64,000 bases of DNA from an uncultured Candidatus Rokubacteria bacterium (GCA_963708025.1 CAVPSB010000022.1:96001-160000), one strand, 5' to 3'. Shown: positions 27,950-40,183, numbered from the stretch's first letter. Numbers and translations are program-made. The notes: generated by a model from the sequence alone, not told the origin.

Positions 27950-28426
27950 TCATGCCCGCAGCCAGACGAGGTGGGTGAGCCACCCGAGGAGGCCCGCGTA
28001 GACCCCGGCGAGGAGATCGTCGACGACGATGCCCCAGCCGCCCGGGAGATCCTGGAGCCGGTGGATCGGGAAGGGCTTCCAGACGTCCATCACGCGGAAG
28101 AGGACGAAGAGCAGGAGCGCCCAGCCGAGCCCCGGCGGCGCGGCGAGCATCGCGACGAGCATCCCCGCCACCTCGTCCACGACGATGCTCCTCGGATCGT
28201 GCTCACCGGCGCGGGCCTCCTCCCGGCCCGCCGCCCAGATGCCGACGGCGGTCACGATCGCGGTCACCCCGAGGAGCCAGGACCGGGGCGGCGCCCACGC
28301 CCAGACGAGCAGCGCGACGGGGAGGCTGGTGACGCTGCCGGGCGCGAACGGCGCGTACCCGAGCCCGCCCGTGGTGGCGATCCACCGGGCGAGCGCGTCG
28401 CCCCGCGACGTCGCGGTGGGGCTCAC
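27950..28426 (-). CDS. pgpA: Phosphatidylglycerophosphatase A
   Basis: GLGYAPFAPGS, HDPRSIVVDEVAG, FRVMDVWKPFP, GGWGIVVDDLLAG. Confidence 0.93.
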   Translation of the reverse strand: MSPTATSRGDALARWIATTGGLGYAPFAPGSVTSLPVALLVWAWAPPRSWLLGVTAIVTAVGIWAAGREEARAGEHDPRSIVVDEVAGMLVAMLAAPPGLGWALLLFVLFRVMDVWKPFPIHRLQDLPGGWGIVVDDLLAGVYAGLLGWLTHLVWLRA

Positions 28427-28435
28427 CCGGGGCGC

Positions 28436-29767
28436 TCAGGAGCGGGGAACGGCCTCGCCGACCAGATCGTACCCGTCGACCTCGACGATGCGGACCGGCA
28501 CCCGCTGTCCGGGGCGCAGGCCGGCGTCCCGGAGGTAGACCACGCCGTCGATCTCCGGCGCCTGGCCGGCGGTACGCCCTTCCCAGGGAAACGCCGGGTC
28601 CTCGCTGGGCCCGTCCACGAGCACCTCCTGCACGGTGCCGAGGAGCGCCTGCTGGCGCGGCCACGCGAGCCGGTCCTGGGTCTCCTCGACGAGCCGGGCG
28701 CGCTCCGCCGCGACGTCGGACGGCACCGCGCCGGGCAGCGCCGCCGCCGGCGTCCCCTCCTCCGCGGAGTAGGTGAAGGCGCCGACGCGGTCGAAGGCGA
28801 CCTCCTCGAGAAACGCCAGCAGGCTCTCGAACGCCGCCTCCGTCTCCCCCGGGAAGCCGACGAGGACGGTCGTGCGCAGCGTGGCGCCCGGCATCGCCGC
28901 GCGGAGGGCGGCGACGATCTCGGCCATCCGCCGCCGGGTCACGCCGCGGCGCATGGCGCGCAGCAGTCCGTCGTCGGCGTGCTGGATCGGCATGTCGAGG
29001 TAGGGCAGCGCCCGCGCGCGGGCCAGCTTGGCGATGAGGCGATCGTGGAGGTGGGCCGGGTGGAGGTAGTGGTAGCGGATCCAGGGCACCGGCGTGTCGC
29101 CGAGTGCCTGGAGCAGGTCGCCGAAGTCGGGGCGGTCCGGGCCCGGCAGGTCCTTCCCGTAGGCCAGCGTGTCCTGGGAGACGAGCACGACCTCCGCCAC
29201 CCCGGCCCGTCCCAGCGCCGTCACCTCGGCCACGACGTCGGCCACCGGGCGGCTCCGGTGGCTGCCCCGCATCAGGGGGATCGCGCAGAAGGTGCAGCCC
29301 ATGTCGCAGCCCTCGGCGATCTTCACGTAGGCGTAGGGGACGCGGCCGAGCCGCACGCGCGGGGCGTCGGCGCGGTAGACGTAGCCGGGCGGCGCCCCCG
29401 TCACCCACTCCCGGCGCGCGTCGAGCCGGCCGACGACGTCCACGATGCGCCCCAGCTCGCCGGTCCCGAGGATCGCGTCGATCTCGGGCATCGCCTCCAG
29501 CAGCTCGGCGCCGTAGCGCTGGGGGAGGCACCCGGTGACGACCAGCCGCCGCCCGGGCGCCCGGCGCTTCCACGCCCCGAGCTCGAGGATCGCGTCGATC
29601 GACTCGGCCTTGGCGCGCTCGATGAAGGCGCAGGTGTTGACGACCAGGCAATCGGCCGCTCCCGGCTGCTCGACGGCGGTGACCCCGGCGCGGGCGAGGG
29701 CGCCGAGCATCAGCTCCGCGTCGACCTGATTCTTGGGGCAGCCGAGGCTGACGAGGTGGACGTTCAT
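28436..29767 (-). CDS. rimO: Ribosomal protein S12 methylthiotransferase
   Basis: SLGCPKNQVD, NTCAFI, KIAEGCDMGCTFC radical SAM motif, APEIDG TRAM domain. Confidence 0.93.
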   Translation of the reverse strand: MNVHLVSLGCPKNQVDAELMLGALARAGVTAVEQPGAADCLVVNTCAFIERAKAESIDAILELGAWKRRAPGRRLVVTGCLPQRYGAELLEAMPEIDAILGTGELGRIVDVVGRLDARREWVTGAPPGYVYRADAPRVRLGRVPYAYVKIAEGCDMGCTFCAIPLMRGSHRSRPVADVVAEVTALGRAGVAEVVLVSQDTLAYGKDLPGPDRPDFGDLLQALGDTPVPWIRYHYLHPAHLHDRLIAKLARARALPYLDMPIQHADDGLLRAMRRGVTRRRMAEIVAALRAAMPGATLRTTVLVGFPGETEAAFESLLAFLEEVAFDRVGAFTYSAEEGTPAAALPGAVPSDVAAERARLVEETQDRLAWPRQQALLGTVQEVLVDGPSEDPAFPWEGRTAGQAPEIDGVVYLRDAGLRPGQRVPVRIVEVDGYDLVGEAVPRS

Positions 29768-29863
29768 GAAGACGGCTCAGTATAGCACTCGGCCAATTCG
29801 GGAGCCCGTCGGGCCAGGCCTTGCTCGGGCTTCCATGCATCGCGACGCCGCGCCCGCTCCTGT

Positions 29864-29926
29864 CCGAGCGCCGGCTCCGCCGGCGCAACCGAAGGGGGAA
29901 TCGGGGGGTCTTCCGAGACCCCAGAA
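29864..29926. repeat. Palindromic repeat family B (full, two hairpins)
   Basis: CCGA-GCGCCGGC-TCC-GCCGGCGC...GGGGGAATCGGGGGGTCTTCCGAGACCCC. Confidence 0.8.
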
Positions 29927-29927
29927 A

Positions 29928-31042
29928 CTACGTCAGCGCCACCACGTTGAACGCGGGCACGGGCTTCAGGAGCCCCTTGAGCGCGAGCTCGCCGACGGGC
30001 TCGGCCTCCACCAGCCGCTCCACGGCCGCGAGCACGCGACGGGAGACCAGGATCTGGCCCGGCCGCGCCTCGCCGCAGAGCCGCGCGGCCAGGTTGGTCA
30101 CGGTGCCGATGGCCCCGTAGTCCCAGCGCCCCTCGAAGCCGATGGCGCCGATCGTGGCGTACCCCTGGGCGATGCCCACCCCGAAGTCCAGCTCGTAGCC
30201 CTGCTTGCGCCACCCCGCGGTCAGCGCGGCCAGCCGCTCGCGCATCGCCACCGCCATCCGAACCGCCCGCTCGCCCGGGTTCGGGATCGGCACCGGATCG
30301 TTGAAGAAGACCATCATCCCGTCGCCGGCGAAGCGCTCGAGCGTGCCCTCGTGGGCGAGGATCAGCGCCCCCATCGCGGCGTGGTACTCGCGGAGGACGC
30401 CCATGACCTCCTCCGGCTCGGCCGTCTCGGCGAAGGCGGTGAAGCCCCGGAGGTCGAGGAAGACGACCGTCACGTCGCGCCGGTGGGTGCGGAGCGGATC
30501 GTCGGCGCTCCCGGCGACGATCGCCTCGGCGAGCTGGGGGGAGAAGAACCGCTTGAGCCGCCCCAGGCGCTCGAGCTGGCCGACCTGCTCCTCGACCCGC
30601 CGCTCGAGGGTCCGGTTCGCGTCGCCGCAGCTGGGCGGCGAGCCCCTGGACCGTGTCGTGCAGCTCCTTGATGCGGAGCATCGACTTCACCCGGGCCACC
30701 AGGGCGGCCTGGTCCACCGGCTTGGTGAGGTACTCGTCGCCGCCCGCCTCCAGCCCGGCGACCACGTCCTTCGAGTCGCCCAGGGCCGTCACCAGGATGA
30801 TCGGCGCGAACGGCAGGGTCGGATCGCCCCGGAGGCGCCGGCAGACCTCCAGCCCGTCGCACTTCGGCATCATGACGTCCAGGAGGATCAGGTCGGGCTG
30901 CGCGTCGCGGGCGAGGGCGAGCGCCTCCTCGCCGTCGCCGGCGGTGAGGACCTCGTAGCCCTGGGACGGCCAGCCGCGTCCGGAGGATGTCCACGTTCAT
31001 CGGGTTGTCGTCGGCGACCAGGATCCGGGGCGGACTCCTCAC
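29928..31042 (-). CDS. Response regulator receiver + class III adenylate/guanylate cyclase (frameshifts ~30965 and ~30625)
   Basis: ILVADDN...DLILLDVMMP...KP; VVFLDLRGFT, RFAGDG, DYGAIGTVTNLAARLC. Confidence 0.9.
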
Positions 31043-31404
31043 CCGAGGAACTCGCGCATCTTGGCCAGGAGCGCCCGCGGGCTGAAGGGCTTGGTCACGT
31101 AGGCGTCGCAGCCGGCCTCCAGCGCCTTCACGTCGTCGCCGGAGAGCGCGTAGGAGGTCACCGCGATGATCGGGATCGCCCGGAGGGCGGGCTGCGCCTT
31201 GATCCGCCGGGTCGTCTCGTAGCCGTCGAGGCCGGGGAGCTGGATGTCCATCAGGATGAGATCGGGGCGCTCGCGCTCGGCGAGCGTGATACCCTCCTCG
31301 CCGGTGAGGGCCTCGATCATCTCGTAGCCGGCGGCGGTGAGGAGATCGCGCATGATGCGCCGGTTCTCCTCGTGGTCCTCGACGACCAGGATCCGCCGGC
31401 TCAC
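31039..31404 (-). CDS. Single-domain response regulator (DivK-like)
   Basis: ILVVEDH, PDLILMDIQLPGLDG, AVTSYA, GCDAYVTKP. Confidence 0.92.
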   Translation of the reverse strand: MSRRILVVEDHEENRRIMRDLLTAAGYEMIEALTGEEGITLAERERPDLILMDIQLPGLDGYETTRRIKAQPALRAIPIIAVTSYALSGDDVKALEAGCDAYVTKPFSPRALLAKMREFLG

Positions 31405-34400
31405 GAGCTGCCCGCCTGGCGCTCGACGCGCACCGGCACCGTGACCGTGAACGTCGAGCCGCGCCCCGGCGCCGAGTCCACCGCGAGGCGGCCGCCGTGC
31501 AGCTCGACGATGCGCCGCGCGATGGAGAGCCCGAGGCCGGTGCCGCCCTTCTTGCGCGTCGCGGAGCTGTCGGCCTGCTGGAACTCCTCGAAGATCCGGG
31601 GCTGGTCGGCCGGCGCGATGCCGGGGCCGGTGTCGGCGACCGCGACGACGAAGGCGCCGTCGCTCACGCGAGCGTCGATCCGCACCTCGCCCGCCTCGGT
31701 GAACTTCAGCGCGTTGCCGACCAGGTTCAGGAGCACCTGGGTGAGCCGCCGCTCGTCGCCGCGGCCACGCGGAAGATCCGGGGCGACGGCGGCCTTCAGC
31801 GCGAGCTTCTTCTCGGCCGCCAGGGACTCCACCGCGGTGACGACCGTGTGGACCACCTCCTTCATCGAGTAGTCCCCGAGCGTGAGCACGAGCTGGCCGG
31901 CCTCGATCTTGGAGAGATCCAGGACGTCGTTGATCAAGCCCAGCAGGTGCCGCCCGCTCCTGTCTACCCGCTCCATGACCTCGGCGATCTTCGGGGGCAC
32001 CTCGCCGTAGATCCGGTCCTGGATCAGCTCGGTGTAGCCGAGGATGGCGTTCAGCGGGGTGCGCAGCTCGTGGCTCATGTTGGCCAGGAACTGAGACTTG
32101 TGACGGCTGGCCACCTCGAGCTGGCGGCCTTTCTCCTCGATCTCGCGGAACAGCCGGGCGTTCTGGATGGCCAGCGCCGACTGGGTGGCAAAGGTCTTGA
32201 GCAGCTCCACGACCTCGGGGGCGAACTCCCCGGGCACTCGCCGGTTCACCACGAGCGCGCCGATGACCTGGTCTTCCCGCACCAGCGGCACCGCCAGCAG
32301 CGCCCGGAAGCCCATCCGGAGCACCATGTCCCGGAGTCGGCTCTGGTAGGCGCCCTCCCGGGTGATGTCGGGCACCTGGATCGGCTCCCGCCGCTCGGCG
32401 GCGCGCCCCATGAGGCTCTCGCCCATCCGGAGCGGGATGGCCCGGAGGCTCTCGACGAGCTCCGGGTCGTAGTTGTGGGTCGCGCGCATCGGGAACTCGC
32501 GGGTGGCGTCGTCGTACTCGTGGATCGAGGCGCCATCGGCCCCCGCGAGCTGGGCGGCCCGCGACACGATCGTGCTCAGCACCGTTTCGAGGTCCAGCGT
32601 CGAGCTGACCGCCTGTCCAACCTCACCGAGAGCACGCAACTCCTCCACCGAGCGGGTCAGCTCGCGTGTCCGCGTCTGCAGCTCGGTGAACAGCCGGACG
32701 TTCTCGATGGCGATGACCGCCTGGGCGGTGAACGTCTTCAGCAGCTCCACCTCCGCATCGGAGAACAGGCCAGGCGTCTGCCGGGTGACGACGATGGCGC
32801 CTACGGCTTCGCCCGCGGACAGCATCGGGACGGCAACGCAGCTGCGGAATCCGAGCAGGTGCCCGGCTTCCCGCACGGTCGCGGTTACCGACGGATCCTC
32901 GACGTCCGGAATCTGAACGGGCGCCCGCGCCAGGATCGCGCTTCCCGGCGCGGTGTCCGGGCCGACCGGCCGGGGATACAGCGCCCGAGTGGCGGCCAGG
33001 GCCTCGGGGGCGCCGCCGTAGTTTGCGGGATGGTACAGCATCCCCCGCTCGACTCGAAACACCGCGGCGTTGGCGGCGTTGCAGAGGCGTGCCGCGCTCT
33101 GCACGATCGTGTCGAGGACCGGCTGGGCGTCGGTGTGGGCGCTGCTGATGACGCGCAGGATCTCGCTCGTCGCCGTCTGCTGGTCGAGCGCCTGGGTGAG
33201 GTCGCGATTCCGCACCTCCAGCTCCTGGAAGAGCCGCACGTTCTCGATGGCGATCACCGCCTGGTCGGCGAAGGTCTGGAGCAGCGAAATCTGCTGGTCG
33301 CGGAACGGCCCCGACTCCCGCCGGTAGATGACGATCGCCCCGATTGCGGTGCCGCCGCGGAGGATCGGCACCGCCAGCAGGCTTCGAATTTCCGCGCGCG
33401 TGGCTAGGGGACTCGGATTGTACTCCGGATCCAGCGCGACGTCGGGGATCTGGACGACCGAGCCGCTCAGGATCGCCCGACCTGAGATGCGAGCGCGGGT
33501 CGGGCGCGTCGGGTACTCCGTCCGGACCTGTTCCAGCCACATCTGGGAGAGGTTGTAGTGCGCCACGAGATGCATGAGATCGCCGTCGAAGCTGAACACG
33601 GCCCCGTGCCGCGCGTCGCACAATCGCACCGCGCTCTCCATGATCACGTTGAAGACCGGCTGGAGGTCGGTCGGCGAGCTGGAGATGACCCGCAGGATCT
33701 CGGCCGTCGCCGTCTGCTGCTCCAGGGCCTCGGTCAGCTCGCGGTTCCGCGCCTGCAGCTCCTGGAACAGGCGCACGTTCTCGATGGCGATCACCGCCTG
33801 GTCGGCGAATGTGCTCAGCAGCGCGACCAGGCTCGGCTCGAACGACCCGGCGACGGAGCGACCCACCGCGATCGCGCCGATCGGTACCCCATCGCGGAGC
33901 ATCGGAACGGCCACGATGCTGTGCATGCCGAGCGGATCGGCCATCTCCCGGTTCCGAAACTCGGGATCCGCTGCGCGTCCGCGACGTTCACGACCTCGCG
34001 ATCGAGAATCGCCCGCATGCCGACCAGGCCGCGATGGGGCGGGGCCGGGAAAGCTGCGCTCGAAGCGCTCGACCATCCACCCGGGAATGTTGTACGACCC
34101 GGCGAGATGCACCAGGCCGTTCTCGACCCGGTAGATGGCAGCCGAACAGTCCCGAGCAGAGCTTGGTCGCGCTGGCCGCGATCGTCTCGAACACCGGTCG
34201 CACGTCAGTCGGCGAGCGAGAGATGACCCGCAGGATCTCGGCCGTCGCCGTCTGCTGCTCCAGCGCCTCGGTCAGGTCGCGGTTTCGCGCCTCGAGCTCC
34301 TGGAAGAGCCGCACGTTCTCGATCGCGATCACGGCCTGGTCGGCGAAGGTTTCGAGCAGCTTGACCTGTGGGTCCGTGAACGGGCGAACTCTCGGCTCGC

Positions 34401-37400
34401 CGGATCCCGATCGCCCCGACCGCCGCGCCCTCCCGAAGCAGGGGAACCGCGAGGAATGTCCGGTAGCCCAGCCGCCGCGCAATCGCGCTGCCGTCCGGGA
34501 ACTCCGTGGCCTCGGACTGCGCGTCGAGGACGTGGATGGTCCGCCGATCCAGCACGGCGCGGCCAGTCACGTAGCCGCGCTCGATCGGGAGACCCCTCTC
34601 GCGGAAGAGCTCCGACGTCACTGGAATGGACCCGTGGTGCGCCACGGCGCGCAGAACCGCACCGTCCACCCGGAGGATCGTGGCATCGACCGCGTCGCAC
34701 AGTCGGGCCGATGTTCGGGCGACCGCCTCGAGCACGGGCTCCAGATGTCCGTGCGACCGCATCGAGCACGGGCTCCAGGTCCGTCGGCGAGCGACTGATG
34801 ACCCGAAGGATCTCGCTGGTCGCCGTCTGCTGCTCCAGGGCCTCGGTCAGCTCGCGGTTCCGGGTCTGGAGCTCCTGGAACAAGCGGACGTTCTCGACGG
34901 CGAGAACCGCCTGCGCGGCGAAGGTCTCGAGGAGCGAAACCTGCCCGTCGGAGAAGGGCCTCACCTCCGTCCGGACGACCGCGATGACACCGAGGGGCAC
35001 ATCCTCGCGCAGCAGAGGGACCGCGAGCATCGTGCGATGCCCGTAGCGGCGCTGCAAGTCCTTGCCCACCGGGAACTCGTCGTCGGACTCCGACGCCAGG
35101 TCGCGAATGTGAAGCGTGCGTCGGTCCACGACCGCCCGACCAGCCACCGACCCGCGAACCATCGGGAACTGCTGATCAGGCCGTATTGTCTCGGCGAACG
35201 GGCCGACGCTCGCGACGCGCCGGAGGGCGTCACCATCGACACGGAGGATGATGACGTTCGGAGCCTCGCACAGCCGCGCGGCGTTGTCGGCCACGGCGTC
35301 GAAGACGGGCTGGAGGTCGGTCGGTGAGCTGGAGATGACCCGCAGGATCTCGGCCGTCGCCGTCTGCTGCTCCAGGGCCTCGGTCAGCTCGCGGTTCCGG
35401 GCCTGCAGTTCCTGGAAGAGCCGCACGTTCTCGATGGCGATCACGGCCTGGTCGGCGAAGGTCTCGAGCAGCTTCATCTGCTTGTCGGAGAACAGCCCGG
35501 GCTCGTCCCGGCGGATCGTGATCGTCCCGATCCCCTCGCCCTTCCTCAGGAGCGGGGCGGCTAGCACGGCCCGGTGGCTGGTGTGCCTCGCCAGCCGCAG
35601 CGCATCCGGAAACTCGTCCCCGGCGGCGCCGACCTCCGGGACGTGGACCGTCACCCGGTCCAGCACGGCCCGGCCCGAGGGCACGCCACGACTGAGTGGG
35701 AACTCGGTCGCCGGCAAGCGCCCGTATACCGCCATCGGCCGAAGGATGTCACCCTCGGACCGGTAGACCACGGCGTTGTCCACCCCGCAGAGGCGGGCCG
35801 CCTTCTCGGCCACGGCGTCCATGACCGGCTGGAGATCGGCCGGCGAGCTGGAGATGATCCGCAACACCTCGCTGGTCGCCGTCTGCTGCTCCAGCGCCTC
35901 GGTCAGCTCGCGGTTCCGGGCCTCGAGCTCCTGGAAGAGCCGCACGTTCTCGATGGCGATCACCGCTTGGGTGGCCAAGGTCTGCATGAGGCCGATCTGA
36001 CGGTCCGTGAAGAGACAGCACCTCGGCCGGCGGTACACGGAGATGGCGCCGACGAGCCGCCCGTCCTTCAGGAGCGGCACCATGAGCAGCGTTCGCATGC
36101 CTTCGAGCTCGATGACGCTCGACGCGCGGATCGCCCTCGCCGAACGCCGCGTCTACAAGCACGTCGTCGATGTGCATCGGGCGGAGCTCCCGGAGAACCC
36201 GGCCCAGCGCCGTGCTGCGGCCCCGGTCGGTGGGTGGCGCTCGTGGTGCTCGACGAGTGCCGACGCGGTGCCCCGAAACGCGGCGGCGTGGTAGACCTCA
36301 CCGTCGAAGAGGAACACGCGCCGCTGCTGTGCCTCGCACAATCGCGTGGCGTTGTCGACGATCGTCTCAAACACGGGCTCGACATCGATCGGCGAGCGGC
36401 TGATGACGCGCAGGATCTTCGCCGTCGCCGTCTGCTGCTCCAGGGCCTCGGTCAGCTCGCGGTTGCGGGACCCGAGCTCCTGGAAGAGCCGCACGTTCTC
36501 GATGGCGATCACCGCCTGGGCGGCGAAGGTCCGGAGCAGCGCGATCTGCTTGTCCCCGAACGGGCCGACGTCGGCGCGCCAGACTGTTATCGCACCGATC
36601 GGCGTCTCGTCGCGCAGCATCGGCACGGACAGCGCGCTGCGAAAGCCGGCAGCTCGGATCAAGACGTGGGGCTCGTACTCGTGATCCGCCTCGATGTCCG
36701 GGACGTGCACGACGGCACGCTCCAGGATCGCCCGTCCGGTGAACCGGCCGCGACCGGGGCGCGTCGGGAACAACTGCCGCGATGCCTCGATCGCTTCGCG
36801 AGGATAGTTGAAGTCGGCGACCATGTGGATCAGCTCGCCGTCGAATCGATACACGGAGCCGAACAGCGCGCCGCAGAGCCGGACCGCCCGCTCGGCGATC
36901 GCGTCGAAGACGGGCTGGAGATCCGTCGGCGAGCGGCTGATGACGTCCAGGATCTCGGCCGTCGCCGTCTGCTGTTCCAGCGCCTCGGTCAGCTCGCGAT
37001 TCCGGGCCTGGAGCTCCTGGAAGAGCCTGGCGTTCACGATGGCGATCACCGCCTGGTCGGCGAAGATCTCGAGAAGCTTGATCTGCTTGTCGGTGAAGGG
37101 CTCGGGGACGACCCGGCGGATCGTGATCGTCCCGACCGCCTCGCCCTTCCTCAGGAGGGGCGCGGCCAGAATGGCGCGACGGCCATAGCGTTTCACGAAC
37201 TGCACCGAATCCGGATACTCGTCCTCGGCCGCGGCAATATCGGGGACGTGAATGGTCTGACGGTCGAGCGCCGCCCGGCCCGAGGGCACACCCCGACTGA
37301 GCGGGAGATCGGAGGCCGGAAACCGCCCGTACACCGCCATCGGCCGAAGGATGTCACCCTCGGACCGATACACCACGGCATTGTCCACACTGCAGAGACG

Positions 37401-38671
37401 GGCCGCTCGCTCGGCCACGGCGTCCATGACCGGCTGCAGATCGGCCGGTGAGCCGGAGATGATCCGCAACACCTCGCCGGTCGCCGTCTGCTGCTCCAGG
37501 GCCTCGGTCAGCTCGCGGTTGCGCGCCCCGAGCGCCTGGAAGAGGCGCACGTTCTCGATCGCGATCACCGCCTGGGCGGCGAAGGTCTGGACCAGCTCGA
37601 TCTGCTTCGCCGAGAAAGGGCGGACCACCATGCGGCGGATCACCAGGGCGCCGATCGCGGCTCCCTCCCGAAGCAGCGGCACCACCAGCACCGTCCGGAT
37701 CCCGTGGCGCTCGACGGGGCTCCAGGCCTCGGGATACTCGTGAGCACCATCTGTCAGGAAGTCGTGGATGTGGATCGTCTCGCCCGTCAGGATGGCGCGA
37801 CCGCTCGCGGAGCGAGGCGTGATCGGCCGCGTCTCTCCGCGCTCGAGGCCGCTGATGCCCTGGCTGGCCACGTTCTGCATGACATCGTGCTCGGCGCGGT
37901 AGAGCGAGACGTCGGTGGCCTCGCAGAGACGCATCGCGCTCGCCACCACCGCTTCGAACACCGGCTGGACGTCGGTCGGCGAGCTGCTGATGACCTCGTA
38001 GGATCTCGCTCGTCGCCGTCTGCTGCTCCAGGGCCTCGCTCAGCTCGCGGTTGCGGGCCTGGCTCTCCTGGAACAGCCGGACGTTCTCGATCGCGATCAC
38101 CGCCTGGGCGGCGAAGGTCTCCAGGAGCGCGATCTGCCGGTCCGAGAACGGCCGCACCGTGCGACGCCAGACGCTGATCGCGCCGATCGGCTCGCCGTCC
38201 CGGAGCATGGGGACGGAGAGCAGTGTCCGGTAGCCGGCGAGCGTCCGGATCGCGCAGGGAGCCGGTATTCGGGATCGGCCCGGACGTCGTGGATGTGGGC
38301 GGGGCGGCGGTCCAGGATCGCCCGACCGTTGGCGCTCCTCCGGTCGGCCGGGAACGGGAAGACGTGCCGCCGCAGGGTGTCCACCTCGTCGGGGGAAATG
38401 TTGTAATGACGCGTCCAGCGTGATGAGCCCGTTGTTCGAACCGGTGCACCCCGGCGAAGGCCGCGTCGCACAGCCGGGTGGCGCTCTCGGCGATCGAGTC
38501 GAACACCGGCTGGACGTCGCTCCGGGAGCCCGCGATGACGCGGAGGATCTCGGCGGTGGCGCGCTCGCGCTCGAGCGCCTCGGCGAGCTGGCGGCGGACG
38601 CCGGCGCCGGCGCGCCCGGGGGGCGCGGGCTTCCGGGAGGAGGAGCGTGGAGGCTTGCGTCGGTCCGGCAC
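31401..38671 (-). CDS. Giant soluble histidine kinase with ~12 tandem GAF domains (~2400 aa; multiple frameshifts)
   Basis: Twelve repeats ending in variants of [45 protein letters not shown]-box; [23 protein letters not shown]; no TM segments. Confidence 0.9.
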
Positions 38672-38762
38672 GGGACTGGCCTCCTCGGGCGCACTCGGTC
38701 GGACGACATTCTACCCCACCGGACGGCGCCGACGGCACCGCCGGGCTACTGCGCGGCGGTCA

Positions 38763-39567
38763 TCAGGCGATGGGCCCGGCTTTCCCCACGCGGGCCAGCC
38801 AGCCGAGCAGCTCGTCGGCCACCGCCTCCCAGCCGTCCTCCAGCATCGACATGTGGGCGTGAGCCGGCAGCTCCCGGTACTCGCTCCCGTACTTCGCGGC
38901 GATCCGACGCTGGACCCGGCACGGCGTGATGGCGTCCAGCGCCGGCGCCGACGACGAGGGTCGGACAGCGCACGCGCGCCGGGTCCACCGCGACGAGTCC
39001 GAGCGCGACCTCGCGCGCCGCCCGGCCCGACTCGGGGACCAGCCGGGCGTAGGCGTCGCGGCGGACGTCGGGCGCCAGGTTGTTGAAGAGGAGCGCGTCG
39101 GCGTCGGCCCGGCTCGGCACGAAGGCGCGGCCCGCGAGCATCGCCCCCGCGTAGCGTCCGAGGCGGCGGAGCACCGGCCAGTGGAGCGCCGGGATCCCGC
39201 GCGGCGGCGCGCTGGCGAGAAAGACCGCCGCCGGCAGCCGGACCTGCTCGGCGGTCTTCTGGGCGACGAGCCCGCCCAGGCTGTGGCCGATCAGGACGAC
39301 CTCGCCCAGCTCGGCCACGCAGCGGGTCACGTCGGCGACGTAGTCCTGGATGCTCAGGCCGCCGACCTCGACGCCGGGGTCGCTCCCGTGGTGGCCGCGC
39401 AGGTTCACGGCCCAGGCGTCCCACCCGGCCTCGGCGAAGCGCCGCAGGAGGTAGCCCCAGTACCAGCTCCCGCCCCACATGCCGTGGACGAGGAGCAGGC
39501 GCCCGCGGGCCGGCCCGCGAATGGGTGGCTTCCGCTCGAGCCAGAGCTGACCGATCCGCTCGTACAC
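38763..39567 (-). CDS. Alpha/beta fold hydrolase (frameshift ~38940)
   Basis: LLVHGMWGG, NLRGHHGS, GHSLGG nucleophile elbow. Confidence 0.85.
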
Positions 39568-39674
39568 CGGGCCCCCCTCGGGGAAGACCTTACCCGACTT
39601 CGGGACCGACCGGGGGGCAGCGCGCGGCAGAGAGACGACGGCCGCGCGCACCCGGCGCGGCGGGGCCGGGGAGC

Positions 39675-40175
39675 CTATTCGGAGCGGTAGTTCGTGAACT
39701 GCGTCTCGATGCCCAGGTCCTTCTCGCGGACCAGCTTGATCACCGTCTGGAGGTCGTCCTTGTTCTTCCCGAACACCCGGACGTGATCCTCCTGGATCTG
39801 GGCCTGGACCTTCAGCTTCGCGTCCTTGATGAGGCGCACGATCTCCTTCGCCTTCTCCATCGGGATCCCCTGCTGGATGGCGATCCGCTGGCGCACGGTG
39901 CTGCCGCTGGCCGGCTCCACCTTGCCGTAGGAGAGCGCCTTGAGCGGCACCCCCCGCCGGTGGAGCTTCGACTGGAGGAGATCGATCACCTGCTTGAGGA
40001 CGTAGTCGTTGTCGGAATGGACGACGATCGCCTCTTTCTCGAGCGTGACCTCGCTCTTGGTCTGCTTGAGGTCGTAGCGCGTCTGGATCTCGCGGCTCGC
40101 CTGGTGGACGGCGTCGGTCACGGCCTGGGGATCGACCTTGCAGGCGACGTCGAAGGAGTTCTCGCCCTTGGCCAT
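39675..40175 (-). CDS. yajQ: YajQ family nucleotide/c-di-GMP-binding protein
   Basis: SFDV...RYDLK...QQGI...KLKVQAQIQ...[12 protein letters not shown]...QFTNYR. Confidence 0.92.
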   Translation of the reverse strand: MAKGENSFDVACKVDPQAVTDAVHQASREIQTRYDLKQTKSEVTLEKEAIVVHSDNDYVLKQVIDLLQSKLHRRGVPLKALSYGKVEPASGSTVRQRIAIQQGIPMEKAKEIVRLIKDAKLKVQAQIQEDHVRVFGKNKDDLQTVIKLVREKDLGIETQFTNYRSE

Positions 40176-40183
40176 CGGCGCGG

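Noticed and set aside
34719-34784. Tandem ~33-bp duplication inside the GAF kinase
   Set aside because: Imperfect, frame-breaking duplication ([18 protein letters not shown]), most likely a consensus artefact from two alleles; needs read inspection
32690-38100. Regularly spaced conserved repeats as a CRISPR array or DGR
   Set aside because: The repeats are in-frame protein linkers about 500 nt apart; no cas or reverse transcriptase gene
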